A DNA stretch of 43,625 nucleotides from Candidatus Rokuibacteriota bacterium (GTDB taxonomy: Bacteria > Methylomirabilota > Methylomirabilia > Rokubacteriales > DASRDR01): positions 1 to 43,625 of the forward strand of contig JBIOTN010000190.1 in assembly GCA_044866005.1 (NCBI GenBank), read 5' to 3'. The position numbers and the translations under genes are program-made. Below, piece by piece: positions 36,476 through 43,625 of this stretch (position 1 is its first letter; every line of letters starts with the position of its first letter). The notes under the pieces are model-generated. The model saw only the letters and a list, made by a program, of their open reading frames with translations. It did no database searches and was not told where the DNA came from.

Positions 36476-37648
36476 ATGACCCCGCGGGCGATCCTTCACG
36501 TGGACATGGACGCCTTCTACGCGTCGGTCGAGGTACGCGATCGCCCCGAGCTTGGCGGCAAGCCGGTCATCGTGGGCGCCGACCCCCGCGGGCGCGGCGT
36601 GGTCGCCGCCGCCTCGTACGAAGCCCGGCGCTACGGCATCCACTCCGCCATGCCGATCAGCCGGGCGTACCGGCTGTGCCCTCACGCGGCGTTCCTGCCC
36701 GTGGACATGCCCAAGTACGCGCGGGTCTCTGCCGAGATCATGCGGATTCTCGGCGAGTTCACGCCGCTCGTGGAGCCGCTCTCCCTCGACGAGGCCTTCC
36801 TCGACGTGACCGGCTCCCGCGGACTCTTCGGTCCCGCGCACGAGATCGCCAGCCGCATCAAGGCCCGCATCCGCGGCGAGGTGGGACTCACCGCCTCGGC
36901 CGGTGTGGCCCCGAACAAGTTCCTCGCCAAGATCGCCTCGGACCTCCGCAAGCCGGACGGCCTGGTCGAGGTGCGCCCCGGGGAGGAGGCGGCGTTCCTC
37001 CGAGACCTGCCGATCTCTCGCCTGTGGGGGGTAGGGCCCGCGGCCGAGGCCGTGCTCGCCTCGCTCGGCATCCGGACGATCGGACAGCTGGCGCGCGTTC
37101 CCCGCGGCGTGCTGGTCGGGCGGCTGGGCGCGGCCGGCGTGCACCTCCTGGCGCTCGCGCAGGGGCGGGACCATCGGCCGGTCGTCCCGTCCGACGACCC
37201 CCGGTCCGTGGGGGCCGAGGAGACCTTCGAGCGCGACACCGACGATGTCGAGCGGCTCCGCGCGACGCTCCTCCACCAGGCGGACCGCGTCGCCCGCGAG
37301 CTGCGGGACCTGGGCCTCCGAGGGCGCACGGTGACGCTGAAGGTGCGCTTCGCCGACTTCCGGACCCTGACGCGGCGCGAGACCTCTCCGGCGCCGACGG
37401 TCGACGGCGGCGAGATCTTCCGGCGCGCCTGGAGCGCCTTCTCCCAGCTGAAGCCGGTGCAGCCGATCCGCCTGATCGGCCTCAGCGTGAGCGGCCTCAG
37501 CCGGGAGAGCGACTCGCGGCAGCTCGGCCTTTTCCCGTCGAACGCGCGCGCCGAGGAGGTGGGCCGGCTCACCGACCGGCTGCGGGCCCGCTTCGGGCCG
37601 GACGCGGTCCGCCGCGCGAGCCTGACGACCCCGCGGCGCGCCCGCTGA
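36476..37648 (+). CDS. dinB: DNA polymerase IV
   Basis: ILHVDMDAFYASVE, RGVVAAASYEAR, SLDEAFLD, NKFLAKIASD..KPDG, LWGVG. Confidence 0.95.
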   Translation: MTPRAILHVDMDAFYASVEVRDRPELGGKPVIVGADPRGRGVVAAASYEARRYGIHSAMPISRAYRLCPHAAFLPVDMPKYARVSAEIMRILGEFTPLVEPLSLDEAFLDVTGSRGLFGPAHEIASRIKARIRGEVGLTASAGVAPNKFLAKIASDLRKPDGLVEVRPGEEAAFLRDLPISRLWGVGPAAEAVLASLGIRTIGQLARVPRGVLVGRLGAAGVHLLALAQGRDHRPVVPSDDPRSVGAEETFERDTDDVERLRATLLHQADRVARELRDLGLRGRTVTLKVRFADFRTLTRRETSPAPTVDGGEIFRRAWSAFSQLKPVQPIRLIGLSVSGLSRESDSRQLGLFPSNARAEEVGRLTDRLRARFGPDAVRRASLTTPRRAR

Positions 37649-37664
37649 GGCCCGGCGCCCCGGC

Positions 37665-37694
37665 TCGACACGGGGCGCGGCGCCGCACTATAAT
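37665..37694 (+). promoter_or_regulatory. sigma70-like promoter of the Liv-type operon
   Basis: TCGACA (37665-37670), 18 nt, TATAAT (37689-37694). RBS GGAGG downstream. Confidence 0.6.
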
Positions 37695-37724
37695 CCCACC
37701 ACCCGTCGTGACGGAGGTCTCGGC

Positions 37725-38921
37725 ATGAAAGTCAGAGTGCTCGCCGCGTCGGTTCTGATCCTGCTCCTCTCCGCCGGCGGCGCCGGCGCCCAGGGCCGCG
37801 TGCCCGGCGTCACCGACGCCGAGATCGTGATCGGCGCGACGACCCCGCTGTCCGGCCCGGCGGCGGCCTGGGGGACCACCGCGCTGGGAGCGGAGGCGTG
37901 GGCGCGGCACGTGAATGCCCGGGGCGGTATCCACGGCCGGAAGCTGCGGGTGGTCCTGAAGGACGACGGCTACCTCCCCGGCCGCGCGGTGGCCAACGTG
38001 ACCGAGATGAAGGACGAGGTGTTTGCGATCGTAGGGCTCCTCGGCTCGGCCGTGGTCAACGCGAACAAGGACCTCGTGGCGGAGGCGAAGGTGCCGACCG
38101 TGTACCCCTACGCGAGCCCGGAGATCTGGGCGCGGCAGCCGAAGGAGAAGCTGCGCCACGTGTTCGTCGTATACCCGGACTACCGCAGCGAGGGCGAGTT
38201 CCTCCTCCAGCAGGCCGTGAAGCTCGTGGGGGCGAAGAGGGTCGCGGTCTTCTACCAGAACGACGATTACGGCAAGGGCGGGCTGGAGGGCGTCCGCCGC
38301 GGGGCCAAGGCGCTGGGTGGCGGCGTGAGCGTGGTCGCCGAGGTACCGTACGAGCTGCAGGATCGCGAGCTCGGCACGCACGCGCTCAAGCTCAAGGATT
38401 CGGGCGCCGAGGTGATCATCCCCTACGCCACGACGACCCATGGCGCGAACGTCATCAAGGAGATGGCGAAGGTCGGGTTCAGGCCGAAGGTCTTCGCCCC
38501 CTTTCCCTTCCAGGACCGGCACGTGATGTTCAGGCTGCTGGGGGAGCTGTGGGAAGGCGCCTACTACGACGCCACGCTGGCGGCGCCGGGCGAGCCGGAC
38601 GCGGACCGCATGCTCGACGCGGTCCTGAAGGAAGAGCCGAAGCTCAAGGGGCGTGAGGCGTTCGCGCTGGCGGGCGTCGCGGCGATGCTCACGACCCTGG
38701 AAGGGCTCAAGCGAGCCGGTCGCAACCTGACCCGGGACTCCTACGTCGAGGCGATGGAGAGCGTCAGAGGCTGGAACGCCGAAGGCCTCCACGCGCCGAT
38801 CACCTTCGGGCCGGGACGCCACCACGGTCTGAACTCGGTCCGCCTGCTTCGCGCGGAGAAGTCGGCTGACGGGTCGTTCAGCCAGGTCACCGGGTACCAG
38901 ATCTTCCCTCCGCTCTTCTAG
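37725..38921 (+). CDS. LivK-like ABC substrate-binding protein
   Basis: Signal peptide, PGVTD-EI-IG...PLSGPAA-WG, N..GGIHGRK, DDGY-P, YQNDDYGK. Confidence 0.88.
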   Translation: MKVRVLAASVLILLLSAGGAGAQGRVPGVTDAEIVIGATTPLSGPAAAWGTTALGAEAWARHVNARGGIHGRKLRVVLKDDGYLPGRAVANVTEMKDEVFAIVGLLGSAVVNANKDLVAEAKVPTVYPYASPEIWARQPKEKLRHVFVVYPDYRSEGEFLLQQAVKLVGAKRVAVFYQNDDYGKGGLEGVRRGAKALGGGVSVVAEVPYELQDRELGTHALKLKDSGAEVIIPYATTTHGANVIKEMAKVGFRPKVFAPFPFQDRHVMFRLLGELWEGAYYDATLAAPGEPDADRMLDAVLKEEPKLKGREAFALAGVAAMLTTLEGLKRAGRNLTRDSYVEAMESVRGWNAEGLHAPITFGPGRHHGLNSVRLLRAEKSADGSFSQVTGYQIFPPLF

Positions 38922-38924
38922 TTT

Positions 38925-39012
38925 TCGGGGGCGCCTCGACGGCCCCCTCCGGGACCTCCCTACCTCAAAGGGCTGGGTGGGTGGGCCGCCGGCGAAGCCG
39001 GCGCCCGGAGCG
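38925..39012. repeat. REP-like repeat, family R1
   Basis: TCGGGGGCGCC-TCGAC-GGCCCCCTCCG, CCTCAAAGGGCTGGGTGGG (shared with ~10307) and CGCCGGC-GAA-GCCGGCG. Confidence 0.75.
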
Positions 39013-39062
39013 GAACACTGTGACCGCTGCGGTGATGCCCAGGCAGGCGCGGTGTTAGCTCG

Positions 39063-39836
39063 ATGGCCGCCTCGCGTCAGGCCGTGAGCGCGCTGCTGGA
39101 GGTCCGCGGCCTCTCCCTGCGTTTCGGCGGCATCCACGCCCTCAACGAGGTCAGCCTCGGCGTCGGCGCCGGCGAGACCCTGGCCGTCATCGGCCCCAAC
39201 GGATCGGGCAAGACGTCACTCTTCAACTGCATCACGGGCCTCTATCGCCCGGCCGGCGGCGAGATCACGCTGGCGGGTGAGAGCCTGCTCGGTCGGTCGC
39301 CCGACGCGGTGACCCGGCGGGGTGTCGGGCGGACCTTCCAGAACCTGCGGCTGTTCCCCCACATGTCCGTCCTGGACAACCTGCTCCTGGGGCGGCACCT
39401 CCACTTCAGGCGCAACCTGCTCCACGCCCTGCTGCGGCACCGCGGCGAAGAGATCCGCCACCGGCGGCGATGCGAGGAGATCATCGAGTTCCTGAACCTC
39501 GAGCCCTACCGCCAGAGCCGCGTCGGCGACTGCCCTTACGGCGTCCAGAAGCGCGTGGAGCTCGGCCGGGCCCTCGCCACCGAGCCGCGCCTCTTGCTCC
39601 TCGACGAGCCCGTGTCCGGCCTCACCGTCGAAGAGAAGGAGGAGGTCGCCTACTGGATCTACGAGGTCGGGGGCCGCTTCCGCATCGCGATCCTGCTGGT
39701 GGAGCACGACCTGCGCGTGGCCTCGCGGCTGGCCGGCCGCATGGTCGCACTCGACCACGGCGTGAAGATCGCCGAGGGGACGCCCGCGGAGGTGCAGCGG
39801 CACCCGGACGTGATCCGCGCCTATCTCGGGGAGTGA
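39063..39836 (+). CDS. livG: LivG-type ABC ATP-binding protein
   Basis: FGGI-AL, GPNGSGKT, RTFQNLRLF, PYGVQKRVELGRALA, LLLDEP, LVEHD, V..AYLG. Start may be GTG 39084. Confidence 0.88.
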   Translation: MAASRQAVSALLEVRGLSLRFGGIHALNEVSLGVGAGETLAVIGPNGSGKTSLFNCITGLYRPAGGEITLAGESLLGRSPDAVTRRGVGRTFQNLRLFPHMSVLDNLLLGRHLHFRRNLLHALLRHRGEEIRHRRRCEEIIEFLNLEPYRQSRVGDCPYGVQKRVELGRALATEPRLLLLDEPVSGLTVEEKEEVAYWIYEVGGRFRIAILLVEHDLRVASRLAGRMVALDHGVKIAEGTPAEVQRHPDVIRAYLGE

Positions 39837-40648
39837 ACGCCACCGTGGCGGCGACCCGGACGGACGGGCGGCCGCTCCTACGGATCGCCGGCATCGAGAC
39901 GCTCTACTTCGACCGCATCTACGCGCTCCTGGGCGTGTCGCTCGAGGTGCGCGAGCGCGAGATCGTCGCCGTCCTGGGACCCAACGGCGCGGGCAAGACG
40001 ACGCTGCTCAAGACGGTCGCGGGGCTCCTGAAGGACCAACCGAAGAAGGGCGCCATCGAGCTCGACGGCCACCGGATCGAGCGGCGCCCGCCGGAGGCGA
40101 TCGCACGCCTCGGCGTCGTGTACGTCCCCGAGGACCGCGGGCTGTTCCGCGAGCTGACCGTCCGCGAGAACCTGGAGCTGGGGCTCTGGGGGCGGCGGGA
40201 CGGGGCGGTGAGCCAGGACCTGGAGTTCGTCTACGGCATGTTTCCGATCCTGCGCGAGCGCGGTCGGCAGCAGGCGGAAACGCTCTCCGGGGGCGAGCAG
40301 CAGATGCTGGCCCTCGGCCGCGCCATGCTCCGACGACCGCGGCTCCTCATGCTCGACGAGCCGTCCCTCGGCCTGGCGCCGCCCGTCGCCCGGGCCGTGT
40401 TCGACGCGCTGCCTGCGATCGGGGCGCGGGGCGCGACGATCCTCCTCGTCGAGCAGAACGCCCGGCTGGCCCTCCGGGTGGCGCATCACGCGGTGATCCT
40501 GGAGGCCGGCCGGATCGCGATCCAGGGCACGCCCGAGGACCTGGCGGGACACGAGGACGTCCGGGAAGCGTACCTGGGGCTGGGGGGCGCGGAGGCGGCC
40601 GCCTCTCCGAAGGGATGGCGGCTCTACCGGAAGCGGCGACGATGGTGA
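39833..40648 (+). CDS. livF: LivF-type ABC ATP-binding protein
   Basis: GPNGAGKTT, YVPEDR, LTVRENL, TLSGGEQQMLA, LDEPSLGLAP, LVEQN. GTGA overlap with livG. Confidence 0.9.
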   Translation: MNATVAATRTDGRPLLRIAGIETLYFDRIYALLGVSLEVREREIVAVLGPNGAGKTTLLKTVAGLLKDQPKKGAIELDGHRIERRPPEAIARLGVVYVPEDRGLFRELTVRENLELGLWGRRDGAVSQDLEFVYGMFPILRERGRQQAETLSGGEQQMLALGRAMLRRPRLLMLDEPSLGLAPPVARAVFDALPAIGARGATILLVEQNARLALRVAHHAVILEAGRIAIQGTPEDLAGHEDVREAYLGLGGAEAAASPKGWRLYRKRRRW

Positions 40649-42456
40649 CGGCGGCCTCCGGCGCGGCGAGCAGCCTCGGCGCCCTCTTCTTCGACCAGGC
40701 GCGCGGGCACGCCGACGACCTCGCGATCCGGTACAAGGCGTACGGGATCTGGCATCGTGTCTCCTGGCGGGCGTACGCGGAGGCCGTACGGCGCGTCGCC
40801 GCCGCGCTCATCGCGGCGGGCGTCGGCCGCGGCGAGCGCGTCGCCGTGCTCGGCGACAACCGCCCGGAGTGGCTCTACTGTCACCTGGGCGTCATGTCGG
40901 CGGGCGCCGCCACATCCGGGATCTATGCCACGTCGGCCCCCGAGCAGATCCGGTACCAGCTGACCCACGCGGAGGCCCGGCTGCTGTTCGTCGAGAACGA
41001 GGAGCAGCTCGAAAAGGTTCTCCCCGTCCTCGCCGACACCCCGGTCGAGCGTGTCGTGGTCTGGGACGCCAAGGGCCTCTGGGGGTTCTCGGACGCGCGG
41101 GTGGGCTTTTTCCAGGAGTTCCTCGAAGCGGGCGCGCGCTTCCTCGAGGCTCACCCCGGCTGCGTGGCGCAGGCGGTGACGGAGACCGGCCCTCACGACC
41201 TCGCCATGGTGATCTACACCTCGGGCACGACCGGGCCGCCGAAGGGCGCGATGCTCTCCCACGGGAACGTCCTGTGGGTCGTGGAGGCGGCCATCCAGGC
41301 GATCCCCTGGCGGCCGACTGACGCGGTCATCTCCTACCTGCCCTTCGCGCACATCTTCGAGAACTTCATCTCCGTGCTGCTTCCCGTCCGGCTGGGGTAC
41401 GTCGTGAACTTCGCCGAGGGGGTGGACACTCTCTTCGAAAACCTCCGCGAGGTCTCCCCGACGTCCTTCGCGGGTCCGCCCCGCATCTGGGAGAAGCTGG
41501 CGTCGACCGTGGAGCTGCGGATGGCCGATTCGACCCGGCTCAAGCGCGCCTGTTACCGCCTGGCGGTCGGGATCGGACGCCGCCACGCCCGGGCCCGGCG
41601 ACGCGGAGCGGTGAGCCCGGGGCTGCGGCTCGCGTACGGGCTCGCGCACGCCGCCGTCCTCTACCCGCTCAAGCGGCGGCTCGGCTTCGAGCGGATCCGG
41701 CTCGCCATCTCCGCCGCCGCGCCCGCCGCGCCCGAGCTCTTCGAGTTCTTCCACGCCCTGGGCGTCCCGCTCGTGGAGGTCTACGGCCAGACCGAGTCCA
41801 CCGGACTCATCTGCGCCGCGCGCCCGGACCGGGCACGGATCGGGACCGTGGGCCCGGCCCTCCCCGGGATCGAGGTCCGCCTGGCCGAGGACGGCGAGAT
41901 CCTGACCCGCGGCCCCCACGTCTTCAGGGGCTACCTGAAGGATGCGGAGCTCACCGCCCAGGCGGTCGACGCGGCGGGATGGCTCCATACGGGCGACGTC
42001 GGGGCCTGGGAGGACGGGCACCTCCGGATCCTCGACCGCAAGAAGGACATCATCATCACGGCCGGGGGCAAGAACATCACGCCGGCGTACCTCGAGAACA
42101 AGCTGAAGTTCAGCCCGTACATCCAGGATGCCGTCGTCGTCGGCGACGGCCAGCGCTACCTCGTGGCCCTGATCCTGATCGACGAGGACGCCGTCACCCA
42201 GTACGCGCAGGACCATCGCATTCCCTTTGCCACGTTCGCGGACCTGACCCAGCACCCGGAGGTGCGCCGTCTCATCGGTGAGGAGGTGGCGAAGGTCAAC
42301 CGCTCGGTCTCCCAGGTGGAGGCCATCAAGCGGTTCGCCCTCTTGCCCCGGCGGTTCTACGAGGAGGAGGGCGACGTCACCCCGACCAAGAAGGTCAAGC
42401 GGCGCAACATCGAGCGACGCTATGCCGAGCTGATCGCGTCCCTGTACCGGGGCTGA
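40642..42456 (+). CDS. Long-chain acyl-CoA synthetase (AMP-forming)
   Basis: IYTSGTTGPPKGAML, SYLPFAH, YGQTE, GWLHTGDVG, DRKKDIIITAGGKNITP, TPTKKVKR. Confidence 0.92.
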   Translation: MVTAASGAASSLGALFFDQARGHADDLAIRYKAYGIWHRVSWRAYAEAVRRVAAALIAAGVGRGERVAVLGDNRPEWLYCHLGVMSAGAATSGIYATSAPEQIRYQLTHAEARLLFVENEEQLEKVLPVLADTPVERVVVWDAKGLWGFSDARVGFFQEFLEAGARFLEAHPGCVAQAVTETGPHDLAMVIYTSGTTGPPKGAMLSHGNVLWVVEAAIQAIPWRPTDAVISYLPFAHIFENFISVLLPVRLGYVVNFAEGVDTLFENLREVSPTSFAGPPRIWEKLASTVELRMADSTRLKRACYRLAVGIGRRHARARRRGAVSPGLRLAYGLAHAAVLYPLKRRLGFERIRLAISAAAPAAPELFEFFHALGVPLVEVYGQTESTGLICAARPDRARIGTVGPALPGIEVRLAEDGEILTRGPHVFRGYLKDAELTAQAVDAAGWLHTGDVGAWEDGHLRILDRKKDIIITAGGKNITPAYLENKLKFSPYIQDAVVVGDGQRYLVALILIDEDAVTQYAQDHRIPFATFADLTQHPEVRRLIGEEVAKVNRSVSQVEAIKRFALLPRRFYEEEGDVTPTKKVKRRNIERRYAELIASLYRG

Positions 42457-42459
42457 CGG

Positions 42460-43440
42460 ATGGACCTCGTGGAGAGTTACCGCGAGGAGTCGCGCTTCGC
42501 GCGCCGGCGGAGCACCCGACTGCTGCTCGTCGCGCTCGCCGCCGCGCTGGCGGCCCTTCCGTGGTACGCCCACCCGTCGTGGGTGGTGCGGTTCACCCTC
42601 ATCTGGCTCTACGCCATCGGCGTCATGGGGCAGAACCTCCTCATCGGCTACACGGGGCAGATCTCGTTCGGCCAGGCCGGCTTCCTCGCCATCGGGGCGT
42701 ACACCTTCGGCCACCTCAAGATCTTCGGGTGGCCCTTCCTGCCTGCGCTCGCCGCCGCGGGGAGTGCGGCCGCGCTCGCGGGCGTGCTCGTCGGCTTCCC
42801 CTCGATCCGGCTCAAGGGGCCCTACCTCGCGATCGCCACGCTGGGATTCGGTGTCGCCGTCTACCAGATCTTTGCCGGCTCCGAGCTGCTCTCGGGGGGC
42901 CGGACCGGCCTGGCCGTTCCCAGGCTCGTCCCGCCGGCCGGCGTGCCGCGCGAGGTGTACGTCTATTACGTGTACCTCGCGCTGCTGATCGGGTTCACCG
43001 CGGTGAGCGAGAACCTCGTGTCGTCCTACGTGGGCCGGGCTTTCGTGGCGATCCGGGACAGCGACGTCGCGGCCGAGGTGATGGGCGTCAACCTCACGCG
43101 ATACAAGCTCCTCGCCTTCGCGCTCTCCTCCTTCTACGTCGGCGTGCACGGCGGCCTTCTGGCCCAGTTCCTCGGGCACCTCGAGCCCCAGGCCTTCAAC
43201 CTCGGCGAGTCGCTCACCCTGTTCGTCGCGGTCATCGTCGGCGGCCTCGCCTCGGTCGAGGGGTCGGTCTTCGGGGCGGCCTTCGTGATCCTCGTGCCGG
43301 CGCTGTTCAGCGACTATCGCTGGTTCGTGCCGGTCCTCTTCGGCCTCACCATTCTCGTGGTGCTGGTCTTCGAGCCGCTGGGGTTGGCGGGACGGTGGGG
43401 GAAGGTACGCCTGTACTTCGCGCTGTGGCCGTTCCGCTAG
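42460..43440 (+). CDS. livM: LivM-type ABC permease
   Basis: NLLIGYTGQISFGQAGF, RLKGPYLAIATL, GRAFVAIRDS..AAE.MGVN, IVGGL-S. Confidence 0.9.
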   Translation: MDLVESYREESRFARRRSTRLLLVALAAALAALPWYAHPSWVVRFTLIWLYAIGVMGQNLLIGYTGQISFGQAGFLAIGAYTFGHLKIFGWPFLPALAAAGSAAALAGVLVGFPSIRLKGPYLAIATLGFGVAVYQIFAGSELLSGGRTGLAVPRLVPPAGVPREVYVYYVYLALLIGFTAVSENLVSSYVGRAFVAIRDSDVAAEVMGVNLTRYKLLAFALSSFYVGVHGGLLAQFLGHLEPQAFNLGESLTLFVAVIVGGLASVEGSVFGAAFVILVPALFSDYRWFVPVLFGLTILVVLVFEPLGLAGRWGKVRLYFALWPFR

Positions 43441-43594
43441 GCGCCGTGCCGATCAGCGTCGCATCCCGGCGTCCTCGGGCCGCGCCCATCCTCGACGTAC
43501 AACCGCGTACGCCTGCGGTGGGCGCGGCCCTGCGTCCTGGGGCTGCTCGCTTCTCGGCCCGCCGCGGGGAAGGCGCCGTGCCGATCAGCGTCGC
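43439..43594. repeat. R2 repeat element flanked by 24-bp direct repeats
   Basis: AGGCGCCGTGCCGATCAGCGTCGC at 43439-43462 and 43571-43594. The interior has GGGCCGCGCCCA...CTCGACGTAC-AACCGC-GTACGCCT...TGGGCGCGGCCC and CCTGCGTCCT. Confidence 0.8.
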
Positions 43595-43625
43595 CCTTTT
43601 CGTCTCGGGGGGGGGGGGGGGGGGG

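Noticed and set aside
43607..43625. 19-nt poly-G tract
   Set aside because: It lies at the extreme end; most likely a sequencing or assembly artefact, possibly running into a G-rich R1 repeat.
1..43625. tRNA (including tRNA-Sec), rRNA, riboswitches, transposases, selA/selB/selD, senA
   Set aside because: None recognised by eye; tRNAscan-SE, Infernal and HMM searches would be needed to exclude them formally.

Overview
Very GC-rich, gene-dense bacterial chromosomal segment, probably a metagenomic contig. It starts inside dcd and ends in a poly-G run. The intergenic repeat style, Pup and gene content suggest Rokubacteria/Methylomirabilota or a similar lineage (inference only). Gene order: partial dcd with an internal TAA; pup; FmdB zinc ribbon; LysR; PhnDCEE-type ABC transporter of the putative-selenate subfamily; orphan zf-HC2 anti-sigma-like gene; SenB/GLT1D1-like glycosyltransferase; VOC, solute-binding protein, acyl-CoA dehydrogenase, ADP-forming acyl-CoA ligase and GT39 genes; MoxR, membrane protein, DUF58, giant triple-VWA and TPR operon; a hidden selenocysteine glutaredoxin; a GalT homologue lacking its catalytic His; gdh; a complete isc operon with an IscR box; a DsrEFH/TusDCB-like trio divergent from a second iscS, a Cys-deficient iscU and cysE; a small HTH gene; dinB; a Liv-type ABC operon with an embedded acyl-CoA synthetase. 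Two palindromic repeat families fill many spacers. The main result is the unannotated selenoprotein (23477-23725, minus strand; UxxC motif with a clear SECIS-like hairpin), which the ORF track misses. Together with the LysR, selenate-type ABC and SenB-like genes it suggests a selenium uptake/selenosugar module with no senA or selD in the window. All family assignments come from motif recognition; no database searches were run.
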